Source: a virus
IMG/VR virus record: IMGVR_UViG_3300045988_115217
Strand: one strand, 5' to 3'
DNA length: 64,000 nucleotides
The notes beneath the pieces were generated by a model that saw only the letters and a list, made by a program, of their open reading frames with translations, was not told where the DNA came from and did no database searches. Shown one piece after another: positions 60,952-64,000 of this stretch (positions are counted from its first letter, which is position 1; each line of letters begins with the position of its first letter). The translations under genes and the position numbers were made by a program.

Positions 60952-61180
60952 TTCCGATATTTATTTTGAACGTTTAACAATATGTGGTTGATACAAAATG
61001 AAGATGTATCGCTACCACCTTGTTCAATGCTTATATCGGAAAAGCACGCCTACATCATTACAATGCAAGCAGGGGGCGATACATCTATATCTTTTTCTAA
61101 GAAGAATCGAGCATAAAAAATGCCCTCCCTATAAGATACGGAAGAGCTTCCAACTCATCCGATATAATTTTTGAACGTCG

Positions 61181-61188
61181 CAAAATTA
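61181..61188 (-). promoter_or_regulatory. -7 box TAATTTTG
   Basis: Forward gtcgcaaaattaaa, ~230 nt upstream of BRO start. Confidence 0.45.
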
Positions 61189-61384
61189 AAAAGAAATCTG
61201 CGAATCTCCAAATTTTTCTCTATTTATTTTTGGAAATAATAGCTTTTAAAAACAGACTAAAACCAATTATTAATGCCGTAAAAGAAAATAAAAGCAACTA
61301 AAAGACTTTATTACTCAGAAGGGAGCAGCAGCCGAAACCACCACTCCCAGAGATACAACATATATATTAAGATAAAATGAGAAT

Positions 61385-61552
61385 CTAACTCTTATAGTAT
61401 ATAATTGGTGGGGCAAAGTTATGCTTATTCCATATCATAAAATGCCAAAAATCAAGGCACTCTTCAACAGTTATCTCGGATAACTTCTTTTTCGTATATT
61501 TAGAGCATTCTTTGCCACACGAAATCAGCCTACGCATGTCCTCTTTATCCAT
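61385..61552 (-). CDS. Small hypothetical protein (55 aa)
   Basis: Hand-translated MDKEDMRRLISCGKECSKYTKKKLSEITVEECLDFWHF... Confidence 0.45.
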   Translation of the reverse strand: MDKEDMRRLISCGKECSKYTKKKLSEITVEECLDFWHFMIWNKHNFAPPIIYYKS

Positions 61553-61556
61553 AACT

Positions 61557-62405
61557 TTATCCTCCTTTCTTAAACCTCCTTACGCCCTCTTTTAATTCAC
61601 AGAAGCCATCCTCCTCCCGCAGATTATAGAGAGCCTGAGTCTCTTTTGGCATATTATAATAAGCCGAGAGGCGAGCTTTTTTGGCATTGGTTGGATTGTA
61701 TAAGGTTCGTGAAATGTCAGACCATATAGCGAGAATTTCCTTGTTTATGATAATGTTATCACGAAATTTCTCTGCCTCGTCATGCATAATATCATATAGA
61801 CAATTATCGGCTTGTTTGAATGCCATTTTTGCACGATAATGCTCAAAGCAAGGAGTAATATCCACGCCGAATTTCCTTTCTATGGTTTTCATGACGTTTT
61901 TGTGGGTATCATTAACTTCTTGCACAAGGTTCTGTATCATAATAACCCAAGAGCAAAGATAAGGATTGTATTTGCATTTGAGATTACGGAGCTTATTTTC
62001 TATGAGCTTACGCATCTTTTCAACCTTATCACGAACTAAATCCCAAAGATAGTTGGAGAACTCATAATAATAAGCCTCGTCCATGTGCTCTTCGAATAAG
62101 CTTCTCGTGTCAAGGATAGATTTTTGGCACTCCGTGAAATGCTTTTTTAGACCAAACTTGAATACCTTTTTCTTATCAAATATCATTTTGGATTTAATAA
62201 GAAAGTTATCAGCCAAAACATATTCCATGTAACAAGTCTGACAGAGGGAGCAATATGCGTAGTCGATAGCATCCTGTATCTGTTCGTTACTAACATTGCC
62301 TGGTGCGTAGATAACGACCTTGCGTCCAGACATATCAGCCTCTAAATATCGCCCTTTATTGAGCTTACATTCGATTGCTTTATTTTGCGAAATTAGTGCG
62401 TTCAT
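61557..62405 (-). CDS. Hypothetical protein
   Basis: Start moved to MNALISQ (AAGGAGG 7 nt upstream). Confidence 0.6.
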   Translation of the reverse strand: MNALISQNKAIECKLNKGRYLEADMSGRKVVIYAPGNVSNEQIQDAIDYAYCSLCQTCYMEYVLADNFLIKSKMIFDKKKVFKFGLKKHFTECQKSILDTRSLFEEHMDEAYYYEFSNYLWDLVRDKVEKMRKLIENKLRNLKCKYNPYLCSWVIMIQNLVQEVNDTHKNVMKTIERKFGVDITPCFEHYRAKMAFKQADNCLYDIMHDEAEKFRDNIIINKEILAIWSDISRTLYNPTNAKKARLSAYYNMPKETQALYNLREEDGFCELKEGVRRFKKGG

Positions 62406-62519
62406 ATCAATCCTCCTTGTTATTGTTATTGCTATTATCTGACAACCAGTAGTCAGCAAGTATAATCGTTGAATAAAAGATTATAATAAATAAAACAAGT
62501 ATCGTAGTAGCCATAATTA

Positions 62520-62795
62520 TTATTTTTTGAAAGCAGCTTCGTAAGAGGCTACCTTTTCTATCAATTGAATATTCTTCTTGTTATAACTATCTCGTTCCGC
62601 TCTTGCTTTGCTTATCTGAATGAAACAAACAATGAAAGATACAAAGATAATCAGCGCAATACATATCCAAGGAAAGCGGTACACGCAGCCATTAATACCT
62701 TTAAAAATGTTCCGTAGGATAATGATATTAAACTTTAAGATGTATTTCAATGCGTCAATAGTAGTAACATGACCCTGTATTTCAATCTTGCACAT
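62520..62795 (-). CDS. Small membrane protein
   Basis: Start moved to MCKIEIQ (AGGAGG upstream); one TM helix. Confidence 0.5.
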   Translation of the reverse strand: MCKIEIQGHVTTIDALKYILKFNIIILRNIFKGINGCVYRFPWICIALIIFVSFIVCFIQISKARAERDSYNKKNIQLIEKVASYEAAFKK

Positions 62796-63390
62796 CTTTA
62801 TCCTCCTTTTCCTTATAGTTATACAATTTTTCAAATTGCTCACGCTCTGCCTGATGTTTTTTCAGATTCTTCCGATACTTCGATTCTGGGTAAGATGCCC
62901 AACCTTCATCAAGCGCAATACGCTCAAATTTACTGAATTTTTTATCATACCCAAGAAGTTCAACCAAATCTTTCTGATAGCACCATGCAATTTGTAATTG
63001 CTGTGGGTCACCTTCTGTATCTGGCTTAAAAGAGAGGGAACTAATATCGAAATCATCATAGACATCGACTGCTCTCATTGCGCCTTTGATAAATGGCTGA
63101 TTATTTCCAGCTCTCACATCACGCATAAATACATATATAAGGTCGCTACCGCAAGGTTCTGTTACGGGATGCAATATCTTATCTATACGCTCTTTTTGTT
63201 CATCACTTGCTTGCTGGTAACCTCTTTTGTAGCCTTTAACGAAGGCATCGCGACATACCTTTGCTAAAGCTTCAGGGCAAGGTCGATGATTACAATTTTT
63301 GCAACTTCTATCCTTGCCATTTGCATCTAACGCCTTATCATTAAGGCTTATCTTCTTCTTAATCATATTCTTAACCTTTAACAACTTCAT
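62782..63390 (-). CDS. Hypothetical protein
   Basis: 202-aa ORF. Confidence 0.6.
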   Translation of the reverse strand: MKLLKVKNMIKKKISLNDKALDANGKDRSCKNCNHRPCPEALAKVCRDAFVKGYKRGYQQASDEQKERIDKILHPVTEPCGSDLIYVFMRDVRAGNNQPFIKGAMRAVDVYDDFDISSLSFKPDTEGDPQQLQIAWCYQKDLVELLGYDKKFSKFERIALDEGWASYPESKYRKNLKKHQAEREQFEKLYNYKEKEDKDVQD

Positions 63391-63538
63391 AACCTCTATT
63401 AATTAACTCTTGAATAAGGACATCATCACAAAGACGATATATATTCCTTTCCAAAAAACATAACTGTCCTTTGTAACCAACCCTTTCAAAAAGCTGATAA
63501 ATATCAACCAGCACTTCCACTTCAACATTGATTTTCAC
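63371..63538 (-). CDS. Small hypothetical protein (55 aa, GTG start)
   Basis: AAGGAGG 6 nt upstream of GTG; hand-translated (M)KINVEVEVLVDIYQLFERVGYKGQL... Confidence 0.4.
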   Translation of the reverse strand: MKINVEVEVLVDIYQLFERVGYKGQLCFLERNIYRLCDDVLIQELINRGYEVVKG

Positions 63539-63863
63539 GCCAAACCTCCTTAATATCCATTTGCTCTCTGTATTCTTTGACAGCCTTAGTGAATTGCAAA
63601 GATTTATTTAAAAGTCTTACGTAGCCAGTGATGGTTGTAGCAGAAGATTCTTCGCTTGTCTTTACCCATCCGTTATTTTCACGGACATAGCATTTAACCC
63701 TGAATTTGCTACCCTGCTGACCTGTATCATTATCGGTGTATGATACCTTGCCGATTAAGAGGCGCATAACCCTATCGTTGCTTACAAGTTCATAACCTTC
63801 ATTTATGCGTAAAGCATAAGGTGCTTCGCCGTGAGCTTCGATAATAAAATTCTTATCTTCCAT
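63522..63863 (-). CDS. Hypothetical protein
   Basis: Start moved to MEDKNFI. Confidence 0.55.
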   Translation of the reverse strand: MEDKNFIIEAHGEAPYALRINEGYELVSNDRVMRLLIGKVSYTDNDTGQQGSKFRVKCYVRENNGWVKTSEESSATTITGYVRLLNKSLQFTKAVKEYREQMDIKEVWRENQC

Positions 63864-64000
63864 AATTGTTATGTATCTAAAGTTTCGCAAGTGAAAATTC
63901 ACAAGCGTGATTTAACGTAATTTTGGAATAAAAAAGGCTCTGAAGTTTGTATAACTCACAGAAAATGAGTATCTTTATAATCGCTAAACAATAAAGATAA

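Noticed and set aside
1-64000. tRNA genes, a suppressor tRNA and genome-wide stop-codon recoding
   Set aside because: I found no cloverleaf-like sequence or GTTCGAATC-type T-arm in the intergenic regions by eye. Essentially all large genes are intact under the standard code. The two in-frame stops involve different codons (TGA and TAA), so global recoding is not supported. A proper tRNAscan-SE run is still needed.
1-64000. Prophage-host junctions
   Set aside because: Phage-type genes run to both window edges (tape measure at the left, small early genes at the right). The int-proximal region is flanked by phage genes on both sides, so no host DNA is visible.

Overview
The whole window reads as DNA of one large (>64 kb) tailed, probably temperate phage of a Bacteroidota host. 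Host evidence: recurrent TAnnTTTG -7 promoter boxes, a Bacteroides-type tyrosine integrase and Bacteroidota-style signal peptides. I saw no host flank, rRNA, tRNA or CRISPR array. Layout: (1) 1-17.8 kb, tail module (5'-truncated tape measure, 2284-aa and 932-aa fibre/baseplate proteins) ending in a complete diversity-generating retroelement (target VR, avd, TR, RT). (2) 17.9-24.6 kb, two separate lysis cassettes (amidase; holin + GH19 + lipoprotein) with unknown genes between. (3) 24.7-31.0 kb, minus-strand recombination/early operon (MazG-like, MBL, RecT, HNH, SbcC-like ATPase, Cro-like). (4) 31.1-33.2 kb, lysogeny module (S24 repressor, putative attP, integrase). (5) 33.3-40.0 kb, minus-strand block of about 25 small accessory genes, including an 18 x 27-bp repeat protein and a DUF2829 (Tad2-like) gene. 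(6) 40.3-47.3 kb, 7-deazaguanine DNA-modification module (DpdA, QueC, QueD, QueE, FolE plus ParB-like, DUF4417-like and unknown genes). (7) 47.4-55.3 kb, packaging/head genes (TerS-like, TerL, portal, MuF-ADP-ribosyltransferase fusion), interrupted by a minus-strand islet. (8) 55.3-64 kb, a second minus-strand early-type block (BRO/KilAC antirepressor and others) containing a plus-strand moron. Most noteworthy beyond annotation: the DGR, whose TR/VR differences are strictly adenine-specific; two 8-nt G/C homopolymer tracts on start regions, one on dpdA; in-frame stop codons splitting two small ORFs; a shared MSK[SA]SGGTR N-terminus on two unrelated proteins; an over-represented GGAGATAC / AGGAGG leader motif, unusual for Bacteroidota; duplicated promoter-operator cassettes with TCTATTA doublets; and three promoter-to-terminator units without ORFs (candidate sRNAs). 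Coordinates were counted by hand and may be off by 1-2 nt. Family names come from motif recall, not database searches.
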